DNA from: Moniliella sp. 'wahieum'
Taxonomy: Eukaryota
NCBI GenBank assembly: GCA_003971905.1
Contig: RSEE01000067.1
Span: 1-64,000, forward strand
Length of the DNA: 64,000 nucleotides
Direction of reading: 5' to 3'
Every line of letters starts with the position of its first letter. The stretch's first letter is position 1. Shown here piece after piece: positions 39,034-50,800 of the stretch. The position numbers and the translations under genes are program-made. The notes beneath the pieces were generated by a model, which worked only from the letters and a program-made list of their open reading frames with translations, was not told the DNA's origin and did no database searches.

Positions 39034-39136
39034 TCTCCCCTCTGGGAGTCGAACCAGGACATTCAGAGCTTGAAGTAGTTCAAGCCAATTTAACACCAAT
39101 TACAATCTGACGCTCTTCCAACTGAGCTAAGGAGAG
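39034..39136 (-). tRNA. tRNA-Tyr(GTA) with ~31-nt intron (39069-39099)
   Basis: Acceptor stem CTCTCCT/AGGGGAG with C1:G72 and A73. D-arm GCTC-AGTTGGAA-GAGC, anticodon stem TCAGA/TCTGA around TT-GTA-A, TTCGACT T-loop and TTTTT terminator. The T-stem is one G short, a probable sequencing deletion. Confidence 0.93.
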
Positions 39137-39715
39137 GCAATGTTGCAAATCATGTTGGTTGTATCTCGTTATGTCGGACCTTGGACGCCTCGAAGCTCTG
39201 ACTTGCTCGCACCGTCGCAAACGATGTCGCTGACTAGGCTATTCGTTCCTCGTAACGGGCCGCGATTATAGCGACAATGTATCCTTCAACTTCGACTTGA
39301 AGCTTAACCCCACTTTGGGGGGGAATATACATTCTGGTTCATGACCAGCACTATTAGTCTGTGGCCAAATCCCGCCATAGCTGATCTCAACAGTAAGATA
39401 GTTAAATCAGCTCCAATACCATCATCATCTCATCACAACTCATCGACTAAAGGTTGCTGAGTACGGGACCACTCGACGAGATGTAGCTCGCTCCTTCCCA
39501 CGCAAAAAGGCAGTTGCAGATCAGAGTATAAAGCATCTTCTTAAAGGGTGTAGAATGGAGTGCATGATAAGAGAGAGGGGGGCAGAGGGCAGGAAAAAAG
39601 ACTGGAAGAGAAGAGCATGAAAAAGGATTGAATGTAACCATGCAACGCAGGAGGGTCTTTCTCCGACGTGGGAATGATGCATGTCCTGTTAGGATGTTTG
39701 CATGGATGGGAGGGC

Positions 39716-42407
39716 TCAGAAGCGGGGCTCGATTCCCCAAATGTTTTTGGCGTAGTCGTCCACCGCGCGATCCGAAGAGAAGTAGCCCATGTTGGCCGTA
39801 GTGTGCACCGACTTGGACACCCAGTTGCACAAGTACTCCTCCGAACCGGGTCCACGGCCATAGGCCGCCTCGACCTTGCGATGGGCCTCGAGGAACAGGT
39901 CAAAGTCAGCGGCGACCAAGTAGTAGTCCCCGTGGAAGCGCGTCGAGTCGAGCAGCGGACGGAAGTTCTCGGCCGGACCAAACATGCCCGAATCGATGGC
40001 GTTGAACACCTTGAGCAGCGACGTGGGCAAGTTGACGCCATGGCTGTTTTGGCTGCGGATGCCCGGCACCTGGTCCGCCGTGACACCAAAGATGAAGATG
40101 TTCTCCTCGCCAATCTCGCGCGTGATCTCAACGTTGGCGCCATCAAGCGTACCCAAAATCAAGCCGCCGTTCAAAGCAAACTTCATGTTGGATGTGCCCG
40201 AGCCCTCGGTACCGGCGGTGGAGATGTGGTTGCTCAGGTCCGAGCCAGGGCACAAAATCTCGGCTTTGGACACATTGTAGTCCGGAACAAAGGCCACCTT
40301 GAGCAGATCGTCAATGTCCTCGTCATTGTTGACCACGTCGGCGACGGCATTGATCAGGTGAATCACCGTCTTGGCCATGTAGTAACCCGGGGCCGCCTTG
40401 CCACCAATAATAGCGGCTTTGGGAATGAAATGCTTGAGACCAATCTCTTCCGTAGACAGCCCCTGGCGGCGCAGTTCCTTGATCTCGAGGTAGCGCCAAA
40501 TGACAGCAAAGATGTTGAGCTGCTGGCGCTTGTACTCGTGGATGCGCTTCACCTGCACATCATACAACGCATTGTTGGACAGAATGACGCCGGTCGTTTC
40601 AAACACGAGACGGGCCAGACGCTTCTTGTTGTGCTGCTTGACGGCATCCCACTTCTTGAGGAATTTGAGATCGTTGGCGTACTTGTCCAGTTTCCTCAAG
40701 TCGGGCAGGCGAAGCAAGAACTTGTGCTCGGGGTCATTGAGCGTCTTGCCAATCAGGTCTGCCAACTTGGGGTTGGCGACTTGAAGCCACGCGGCGTCAC
40801 ACACGTTGGTCACATTGGTAAAGTGTTCGTCGCCAAAGAATTTGACAAACTGCGGGAAGAGATCCGTCTTGATCAGCTGCGAATGCAGCTCGGCAACGCC
40901 ATTAACCTTGTGGCTAGCAATGACCCAGGTAGGCCATGCGGACTTGACGGTTGTCGCCCTCTTCAATGATCGAGCAATCACGCAGCATCTGCTCCGAGCC
41001 AGGGAACTTCTTGGCCACCTCTTGGAGGAAGTAGTAGTTGATGTCAAAGATAATCTGCATGTGGCGCGGCAACAGACGCTCCACCAGGTCCAGCGGCCAC
41101 TTCTCCAGCGCCTCTTGCATCACCGTGTGGTTGGTGTAGGCAAACACGTTACGCACAATGTCCCATGCCTCGTCCCATTCCAGCCCATGCTCGTCAATCA
41201 GTACGCGCTGCAATTCCACCACAGCCAAGGTAGGATGCGTGTCGTTGAGCTGGATCGCAATGTAGTCGGGCATCTCAGACCAATCATGTCCGTGCTTGCG
41301 GAAGCGGGAAATAATGTCATGAATCGAGGCACAGACCCAGAAGTATTGCTGGGTCAAACGAAGTTCCTTGCCCACAGCAAAGTTGTCATTGGGGTAGAGC
41401 ACGTCGGTGATAGCCTCGGCCCCCTGCAGCGCCGACACAGCCTTGGCATAGTCTCCCGCGTTGAATTCGGCAAAGTCGAATTCCTTTTCGGGCGTGGGAC
41501 GCGCTTGCCAGAGACGAAGGTTGTTGCAGTTGGGGGTGTGGTAACCCGGGATGGGGAAGTCGACGGCCATGGCGAGCACCACATTTCCCCCTTCCCACAC
41601 CTTCTTGACCTTCCCCGTTTGGGGGTCCACCTCATCCAGCACGCGGCCATAGAAGCGGACGGGAATCTCGAGCTCTCGGCGCACAATCTCCCATGCCGAT
41701 CCATTCTTGAGCCAGTTGTCCGGCTTCTCGACCTGGAAGCCATCGATAATGGACTGGCGGAAGATACCGTACTGGTAGTTGAGGCCATATCCCCATCCGT
41801 TGTAGTTGCGACTACTGAGCGAGTCAACAAAGCAAGCCGCCAAACGGCCCAGACCGCCATTGCCCAGACCCGCATCGTCCTCCTGCTCCAGCACATCTTC
41901 CAGGCGGAACCCAAGGTCCTGCAGAGCGTCGTCGACAGTGCTACGAGCGCCATGGTTGCTCAAGGCATTGTCCAGAGCACGACCCATAAGGAACTCGAGA
42001 CTGAGGTAGTAAATCCGCTTGTTGTTCTCGAGCGCTTGCCGCTGCTGGGTGTTAGCCCAGTCGATGGTCACGGCGCTGCGCACGGCGGCGCTGGCAGCTT
42101 GGTAGGCAGCCAGGTTGTCACAGTTGTACATGTTGCGGCCAAGTTGGGTCTCAATGTGCTTGACAAACTCGCGCTGGAACGCATCGCGCCGACCGGCAAT
42201 GAGGTGCTGCTCGCTCTTGCTCACCTCCTCGGGCGAGTGACGAAGTACGTCGAAGCGCTCGAGGTGCGAGAACTTGCTCCATACCTTCTTGGCCTTCTCT
42301 GGGATCTCGGCGTCAAAGTGCTGGAGTTGGTCCAACGTGAACGCCGAGTTGCGCCGACGCGGCGACAGGGGCGGGGGGGGAACATAGTCGTCACCGTAGT
42401 CGCTCAT
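39716..42407 (-). CDS. GPH1: Glycogen phosphorylase (GT35); 5'-UTR intron 42419-42490; frameshifts near 40790-40935
   Basis: Contains YYLSLEFLMGRAL, DAGLGNGGLGRLAACF, IQLNDTHP, YTNHTV, NGVAELHS, QVKRIHEYKRQ, GGKAAPGY, EGSGTSNMKF (PLP lysine), TLDGANVE and FSSDR. Confidence 0.98.
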
Positions 42408-42775
42408 GATGTGGTGGGCTGGCGGGGAGAGGAAAGCGGGTGAGTGAGTGGAATAGGAAAGGAAAAAAAGAGGAGAGAGACGAAACGTACGCCTTGCGGG
42501 GGGGTGGGCCTGTGGGTTGCAAGAGGGTAGCTTGGCGGGGGGAATATATGGGTGGTATATATGAGGGGCAATGGGGAGCGGGTGATATAGAACAGAGCAC
42601 TGAGCCCGTGACTACTGTGACTATAGTGACTAGTGTGATGTGTTTGCCACAGACAGGCGTTGGGACTACACGGCCGGTCCAGTGGCCCCATGCGGCCTGG
42701 GGTGGGTGTGGCCTGAGGCGAGAGAGAGGCAAGAGGTTGGTGCCTGTCTCTTGCGCCGTGCGTGGCCTAATAGGT

Positions 42776-42829
42776 GGTCTGGTCTGGTCTGGTCTGGTCT
42801 GGTCTGGTCTGGTCTGGTCGATGGTCTGG
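42776..42829. repeat. (GGTCT)n pentamer microsatellite upstream of GPH1
   Basis: Eight perfect GGTCT units plus degenerate flanks. Confidence 0.95.
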
Positions 42830-45075
42830 CCTTGACTGGCATGGCATTGGCACGGACGATCCAATACATACCAGCCCTTTCTGGCACAGCTCGATTCAGT
42901 ACTCAGTACTCAGTATCATCATCAACATCCCCCACGCCTTGGCTCCACTGAGCCGCTTTTTCCTCGTGTGGGGGTGTTGCGGCAGCTGCCCCAGTCTCTC
43001 TACTTGAATTTGTGTGCTGTGGCTGGCCCGTGCGGGGACGAGAGGGCAGCAGACTAGTAGCCGAAGTAGACGTCAGTTTCCTCTCAGATCTCCCTCAGGC
43101 CTCGGGCCAATGCGCCTCAACCGCCCAACACCCTCGGCCGTCGGCCCACCGCCTTGTAGTGCCCGTGGCGGATGTCCTACAGGGGGCGGGAGGCCTGAAG
43201 CTTGAAGCGTTTTGACGCTAGTGCTTGAACCTATAGGCGTTTTGAAGCTCAGACGACTACCCTGGCCAACCTCGGCCTGCCCCGGCTCGGCAAATACGAT
43301 CGTCGATCAATCATCGGCCAGAGGCCTTGCGACACTTGGGCCGAGTGCTCAGCCCGAGCTCAGCGGCTCAGCACCCACAGTTCGACAAAACTTATCTGTC
43401 AGCAACTCAGCACTGTGCCTAACCCAGACCGCCATCTCTAATTCCAATGCTCGGACAGCACCTCTCGGCCTCCCCCCTGGGTTTCCTCAGCCTCTCCGTG
43501 TTCGGCAGGTCTGCTCCATCTTTTTTGTTTTCCTATTCAAGCATCTCTCGCTTCTCCCTCGCGGCGGGTGGGGCAGGCGGAAAAGCAACTAGTAAGTGAT
43601 GCCCGCTGTAGCTTGTCACATGTCACTAGTCACTAGTGTCACTAGGGAGCACATGTACCGAACCTAGCCCCATGTCCCAGCACCCCTCCAAGTCGGCTCA
43701 GATCCAGAGCGCCGGCCATTAACCATTCCGGATCAACAACACCGCCCCTATTTCATGCGGGGCTCCGGCCCCGACCGACCCGCTGCACGGGGGCAGTGTG
43801 GGCTGCTGTTGCCTGTCTCGGCTGTCTCAATTTCGCCGCACATCACAAGCTTACAGTTAGATCCACAAATGCACTGATGTGTCCGCGAGGCCAGCGCTGA
43901 GCGCTCAGGCTGAGCTCCCTGTCGAGGCCGTGCTGAGAAGACATGATGCATGAGGCAATGATTGATTGATGATGCCTCCCCTGCTATTGCGATAGCAACA
44001 ATTCTGAGGACGTTGGGGATCGAGGCCCGTAAGGGCCCCGCACTTTGATCGTCAACGGTCTGATCTGCCCATGGCCTAAAAGGCATGTTCCCACATCTCG
44101 TGCTTATGTTTATCACTTCTCCACATTTAAACGTTTAATTAATTTAAACCTTCACCAACTCAGTGAGTCCCCTCAGTACCTTAGTCCACAGAGGTGCGGT
44201 GGTGTGGTGTGTGCAAAACGGTGGGTTGTGGGGATCGAGATGGTGGACTATAACTCAAACATCGCAGTCAAAGCAGCGGCCAACGCCTATTCCACTGTGG
44301 ATCTCAAAACTTTGGACAAGCATGTGCATCACGCCCTTTCGTTCACACCCCCCACTGTGGGCAAAAGGTTCAACTTTCTATAGTAGGATTTCCCACAACT
44401 CACACAAAGGGAACTGCTTCTGCGTAGCGGGTATCCCCACTTCTCGAAGAAGCCTGTGAGTGCTGTGAGCGGTGAGCGGTGAGCGGTGCAGCCAGAAACG
44501 TTGTGCCTCTCACCTGCACCGTTGCAAACCGATGGTCTCTCTGTATTGGAACTTAAACAAACACAGGCACTGAGATTCCCCCGCTTCTGTATTCATAGCG
44601 TGTGCACGAAAGGCAAGGCATGGACAAAGAAACGCTCCGCTTACCATCAGCCTCTCATCGCTCATTGGGCGTGTGTTGCATATGCTTGTGCCAAACTAAT
44701 TAGGAAACCGATGGAGTCTCGCCACCAGGTCAAGACGCTCTGGACCCTGCTATTCTCTTTCGAGGTGGATGTAGCGCACGTGGATACGTAAATGAGCGCG
44801 GTATACATATGAGCGAACGGTGAATGTTGAACCGCCTCGAAAGATGAGACTTACTCTTGAGTACTCAGCGTCACCACAGTTATAATTCGTTTCACGTGCC
44901 TATCCATTTTCTTGTTGGCTGTCATAAGTTCTTGTTATGGCGCGAAGTGGAAGAAACAGAGAAAGAGTGATACGCTCGGGACGAAGAAATTGGAAATGGG
45001 GGCGAGATTAGCCAAACTGTGGTATTCTGGCTCTCTTTTGGTGGCATACTAGTTTATCTCAGCGAGTCAGTCGCC

Positions 45076-45535
45076 ATGACCAAGGCGAAGAAAGGTTCTT
45101 GGGTGCGTCCTTGATACTTGCCGTATTCTTGTTGCACCTAGCTCTTCGACTCTATTGCAGTGTGTGCTCTACATACGGGATGTGGGACTGGTGATTCCAC
45201 GGAGACGTGGGGCCCAGCCTGGCCCAGCACAGTCTCGGGGGGGGAAGAGTTTCGGAGGTTCAATGTGTTTTGGCAGGTCATCGCCATTTACTGCAGTGGG
45301 TGCGGTTTTGCTTTGGCCATTCTCAGATCTCAGATCTCACCCCCGTTCCTCTCTTCTAGGATCGTGGTGGCAGACGCGGGAAAGAGCACCCCTCTGGCTC
45401 TATGCCAAAAAGGGGCACTGTCGTCTCGTTGGCGGCATATATAGCAGCCTGTGCCGATTAGAGAATCGCTCGAGGCGATGGTGGTTACGTACCGGCGTAC
45501 TGTGGGTCATTAAAGGATCACTAATCACTCACTAA
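45076..45535 (+). CDS. Possible small spliced orphan gene (putative introns 45103-45160 and 45300-45359)
   Basis: ATG 45076 gives MTKAKKGSW|GTGCGT...TTGCAG|, continuing into ORF 45155-45535. A second candidate intron is GTGCGG...CTCAC...TAG. Both are 58-60 nt, like the other introns here. No homology recognised. Confidence 0.3.
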
Positions 45536-45742
45536 TCATCAATTCAATCTTCGTACTTCGCCCCCACAGTCACCGGCCAGCCACCAGTGATGCTCGCACG
45601 CGGCGATCGCCGCTTCGCCCCCGCCTGTGTCCCGCTCGGATTCCGGCCCCCTCGGGCTTGTGCCCCACCACGCCCCACGTGCCCACCTTCTTTTCCGTTG
45701 CTCGCGCCGCGTGTGCCCCAGCCCTGCCTCGCACCTTGGACG

Positions 45743-47311
45743 ATGAGCGAGCCTGCGAGCATGCTGACCTACGCCGACGTAGCCGCCCATGCCACCACCG
45801 CCTCCTGCTGGGTGGTGGTGCAGGGCGTGGCATGGGATATGACTGCCTTCCTCGCCTCTCACCCGGTGGCGCCGCAGCGATCGTCCGGCATGCCGGAAAG
45901 GACGCCACCCGCGTCTACACTGCCCTCCATCCGCCCGGGACGATCGAGAAGACGTTACCGCGCGAAGCACGGATGGGTGTGGTGGACCCAGCCTCGGCTC
46001 CTGCCCGCTCCCCCCCCGTCCTGCCGCCCGCTGAGCAAGCCAATGAGGACCCCGCCCTGCCTCTCGACCCCGCGCCCGCCCCGGCCGCCAAGCTGCCCCC
46101 GCTGCGCACGTTGCTCAACCTGCACGACTTTGAGGTGGTCGCGCACCGTGTGCTGAGCCGCGAAGCGTGGGCGTACTACTTTTTTGGCGCCGAGGACGAG
46201 GCGACGGTGCGGGAAAATGGGGCAGTATGGGATCGGGTGTGGTTCCGACCGCGGGTGTTGACGGATGTGGTGCGGGTTAGCTCGCGGTGTCGCATCCTCG
46301 GTCAGAACAGTAGTATGCCCCTGTATGTCTCGGCGACGGCGTGGGGTACCCTAGGGCATCCCGAGGGCGAGATGGCCATTACGCGCGCGGCGCGGTCGGC
46401 GGGCGTACCGCAAATGATCTCTACCTGGCATCGCGGTCGTTTGAAGAATGTGCCGAGGCACGCGTGAGGCCGTCCCAACCGCTGTTTTTCCAGTTGTACG
46501 TATCGGTGGACCATGAGGAGACCCTGGAGCGGCTGCGCTCGGCGGAGCAGCATGGCGCCAAGGCCGTCTTTGTTACTGTCGATACCTCCCAGTCGGGCCG
46601 GCGGGAAGGATCAATGCGGATCCAGTTTGAGGGGGAGGAAGAAGAAGAGGAGAGGAGGAGGAGGAAGACGAAGACGAAGAGGAGGAGAACCTCGTTGATG
46701 GGGAAGAGGACGACGAAGATGAAGGTGGTGGCACCTTGGGCCTCGGCGCGTTTGATGCAGGGCTGAACTGGGATACGATTGCGTGGCTGCAAGGCGAGAC
46801 GGCGTTGCCGCTTGTGCTCAAGGGGGTGGGGCGGTGGGAGGATGCGGTCAAGGCGGCCGAGATGGGCCTGGCGGGCGTGGTATTTTCCAACCACGGAGGG
46901 CGCCAATTGAGCTATGCCCGCTCGGGGCTGGAGGTATTGGCGGAAGCCGTACCACAGTTACAGGCGCGCGGTCTGATCGCCGCTCAGCCACGCGAACCGC
47001 GTGCGGACGGCACGCTGTTCAGTCTCTTTGTCGATGGGGGGTCCGACGGGGATCGGACGTACTCAAGGCGCTGGCCTTGGGAGCTACCGCGGTCGGGATA
47101 GGCCGGCCGGCACTGTATGCGCTGTCGTCGTACGGTGAAAAGGGGGTGCACAGAGCTCTGACAATGCTGACGAGAAGAAGTACATCTGTGCCAGCGCTTG
47201 TTGGGCGCACCTACGCTGGAGAGTGTGACGCCTGACTTGGTCGATGCAGGTTCAGTGTCGAACCACTCCAACTCAAGTCCCCCTCCCAAGCTGGCGCTCG
47301 CCAAATTGTGA
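45743..47311 (+). CDS. CYB2: Flavocytochrome b2 / FMN-dependent L-2-hydroxy-acid dehydrogenase (cytochrome b5 + FMN_dh domains), C-terminal PTS1 (-AKL)
   Basis: The b5 domain shows CWVVV...HP[GG]...AGKDAT...HP. The FMN domain shows LNLHDFE, AWAYY, FRPRVL, GHPEGE, FQLY, VTVD, LVLKGV, SNHGGRQL and DGGVRRGSDVLKALALGA. It ends PKLALAKL-TGA. Confidence 0.93.
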
Positions 47312-47871
47312 AGATTGGTAATGCGACAAAGTTGGCGGCCGCCTGAACCCCTCACGCCCACGATTCGTTGGGACACGTTTCTACGACCCTTGTAGAGCTG
47401 AGACTAGCAGTGGATAGACCCTCCAGAAACAAACGGGCGCGCATTAGAAACGATTGACAGGCAAACACCCCAGAAGGGTACAAAGCAGCAGAGAACAAAG
47501 CGCACGAGTTGGGCGTGCAAACAACGGAGAGGGGAAACGACCGGGGACGGCGGAAAGGATTCCAAGGCACATTCCAGCTGGATGGGTATCGAAGCAGAAC
47601 GAGCGAATCGTCCCGATTGGTCACGAGGGGAGCGAAAGGAAGAGCCAACGAAAATAAAAGGTGCAACAGCATCCACAAGGATGACGTCAAGGGAAAGTGG
47701 AGGGTCGGTCAAGTACGAAGAAGCAACGAGGAAAAACGTGTGGGAACAGGGGGGCGATGAGAACAAGCAGGAGGGAGGCCATCCAAACGGGCCGTTAGGA
47801 ATAAGGTGGATAGGGCACTCGAGGAGAAAAGCGGGGCACAAAAAATACGAAGGAAGGAATCAGGAATCGGG

Positions 47872-50800
47872 CTACCACCGCGTGCGGCCAGGAGCACGGC
47901 GGTACTGTGGCTCCCGGCGATGGCTTGGCTCCTCATTGGTTTGGGTGGGGCTCTGCGGTGCAGAGACGCCCATGGGCGCAGGATACCCAAGCGGCGGCGC
48001 CAGGTGCGCATGAGGGGATGAGCCGGGAAGAAGCACGGTAGCCGTCGGAGCTGATGGGTTCGTTGACAGGTGCGGGGCGTATAGGCCCGCTGGTGGCCAA
48101 CGGAGGTAGGGAAGTGCGGCTGGTATGCGCGGGGTTGACAGCCAGATGTCCACCAGAAACAGTAGATATACCGTTGAACTGCTGTTGAGACAGCGGCGAA
48201 GTCGGCAACGAGGCGTGACCGAGTGGAGCAGGACGTGGCTGAAGTGGGTGGGGTCAATGGGCACCGAAGATTCCGAACGAGCATCTGCAAATTCATCAGC
48301 CTCGTCGTCGTCCTCCTCCTCGGGAGGGTCATCTTCAAAAGGCCGTCCGGTCGTCGGTCGCCGCGAGAGAATGATCCTGTCATTGATTGGAGCGCGGCGC
48401 GTAGGCGGCCGACGGGAGCGGCGCTGTAGTGCGAAGCGGCGTGGGCGCTGAACTGCGCTTCGCTCGCCTGGCGACCGGAGAGAATGTATAACTGGGTGCG
48501 TCACCGACACTGTGCCATACTGAGGCCGTGCGCGGACTCGTCGTCCAAACGCAGGGCCCCCCCCTTTCGCCCATGCCTGGCTCATAACGGCGACGCGATC
48601 CTGGGCCCGAGTCGAACGATGACCCGGACTCGGGTACAGAGGGGACGCAAGACCTGGCGCGGCCGGATGCGGATCGAATGTCTCGGGCTCCGCCCGACCG
48701 CGCATCGGGGCGGGTGCTTCCGTCGGTCTTTCCGCCGCCGCTGCGTGCTGCCCAGTTTGTGCCATGTGCTCCTTGGCCTGGGCAACCAGGTCCTGGGCCG
48801 ACTGATGGAACATATTGCAAATGGTCTGGGCCAAATTGCGCTGAGATGGCACATCGTCGCATGCGACCGCAACGGAAAACTCGCCCGCATACGAAATCAT
48901 ACCAATCGCCAGCGCTGACTTGCCCGGGGACGAGGGAGGCAGGACAAAGTAGCGGTTGGCTACATGGGAGCCAAACTGGACCGGCTTGGGAGGGCCGGGA
49001 ACGTTGGTGGCGACTTGGTACTCGCGGTAGGCCTTTTCAAAGAATTCGTGCCCACCCGGGTAGGAAGGCACAAACATCACCCGCCGCGCAGCAATGATGT
49101 CCACCATCTCGTACCACACCCGAGGCAAATACGATTTCTTGATGATGTTCATCTCCTGGTGGACTTGTTGCAACCGCTGCTGGGCGGACAAGGCTGGGTT
49201 GAGCTCAAACCAGGCAATCGCACCGGTGGTCAAGTTGGACAGAGAATAGTCCCCCTGGCGACGCAGACTGATGGGCACCAAGATGGGGATCCGCTTGTCC
49301 TTGGGGACGTTCCCGTCCGGGTTGGCTTGCGCGGCGGCGAGGCCATAGCCTTGCTTAGCACAGCGCATGCCACGTCGTTCAAGGTATACCGCTCCCCAGG
49401 CGGGGAAAAGGCTTCACGGACCAACTTGATGTCCGCCATGGAGATACCTTGCGAGTGAGCATAGCGGCGGCCGTAGACACGGTGTTTGGGTTCAGAGTAG
49501 GTAAAGTCCTTGCGACGGCGGAAGTACAAGCCCTTGACGGTGCGCACACCATGCTTCATCGTACCCCCCAGCGAAGGCTTGACACCGCGACTACCGGGTA
49601 TTTTGCGGCCCGGCTGCGTCTCGTACTTGCGCATCACCCTCTGCCTGCTAGCTCCGGTTGCCATCGCTTCGAGGGCTACGCCGTACGACTGAATCAAGCC
49701 TTGCCCGTCGGCCACACCGTGGTGAATCTTGATCAGCAACGCGGAGCGTGATCCGTCTTTGGTCTCGATCCCCCGCACAATCAGCGCCTCCCACAAAGGC
49801 TTGGCATAGTTGTAATGCTCCGCCAAGAATTTGCCCGTCTAGAACGCAATCCTGTGTCAGTCATTGCATCCCATGCTACAAGGAAAGGAGACAGGGAAAA
49901 AGGAAAAAGTCAACTCACATATCAAACAATGCAGCATCGTCGTTTTCAGGCGCAACACAGTCCAGCTCCCCAATATTTCCCGTACATCAAAGTCGTCGAG
50001 GATGCGCCATTTGGCGGGACGGAACTGGCTTCCCACCTTGAGTGTGCGCGCCCACTTGGTGCGGCGGCCCTCGTCAAAGTGAGCCATACGAGCGCGGATC
50101 CCGGCCTCCTTGAACAGCCGTTGACGGTCGTCCGCAGCAGCACTCGTGCGAGGCTCATCAGGCAACTCCTCAACCACCTTGGGGTCCTGCGGGGGTGCAA
50201 GATCCGGTGGCCCTCGCGCCAGGCGGTTGAGTGCCGCTCGATCGTGGTTGAGAGCTTGGCGCGGGTCCAACTCCAATATGTACCGGTACTTGGGGAACAA
50301 TTGGACCAATTTTTCAAAGAAGGCCACCACCGTCGCGGTATCCACCACGGATTCAAACATGTAGATCGAAAACGTGGTCGAGTGGTATACATCGTCCTCG
50401 ATCAAAAAGAACATTTGGTCCACTCCCGTCAACGACTTGGTTCGTTTCATCCGGAACGGATTGGGAGTGGTGGCGTTGTGCATCGAGTAGCGCTCCAAGA
50501 ATGCAGTTCGACCTGATTTTTCTGGCTCGGCCTGCCCAGTCTGTCGGCCGTCACCTGCAGCTGGGCGTGCATTGTCCCGCGCTGGGTCCGCGCCTTCCGC
50601 CACTTTGGCTCCGGCACCCAAACCGAGTGCACTGCGGGCCAGGTCAGAGAAACTCTTGCGCTTCCTTGGCGCCGGCCGATCCTCCTTTTCGCGCAGATCG
50701 TCCCCAAGCATTGGGCGCGCGTTACCAGCCGTTGGGGCCAGCCTCTCTCCCCGCGGAGCTGGGGCGCCCACAGGGGTAGGTCGGGGCATAGGTCGAACAC

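Noticed and set aside
39668..42443. Long + strand ORFs (433 and 545 aa) antisense to GPH1, and similar ones opposite YCF1, the chitin synthase and the FLC-like gene
   Set aside because: These are shadow ORFs expected from strong GC3 codon bias. They break where the sense gene frameshifts and have no recognisable motifs.
44404..44412. Perfect Ustilago pheromone-response element ACAAAGGGA
   Set aside because: A single 9-mer in a 64-kb window is compatible with chance. It is not clustered and no mating gene is nearby.
47352..47841. Hydrophobic minus-strand ORFs between CYB2 and WS/DGAT
   Set aside because: They are pyrimidine-rich 3'-UTR-like sequence that yields Leu/Phe/Ser by composition, with no splice or homology support.
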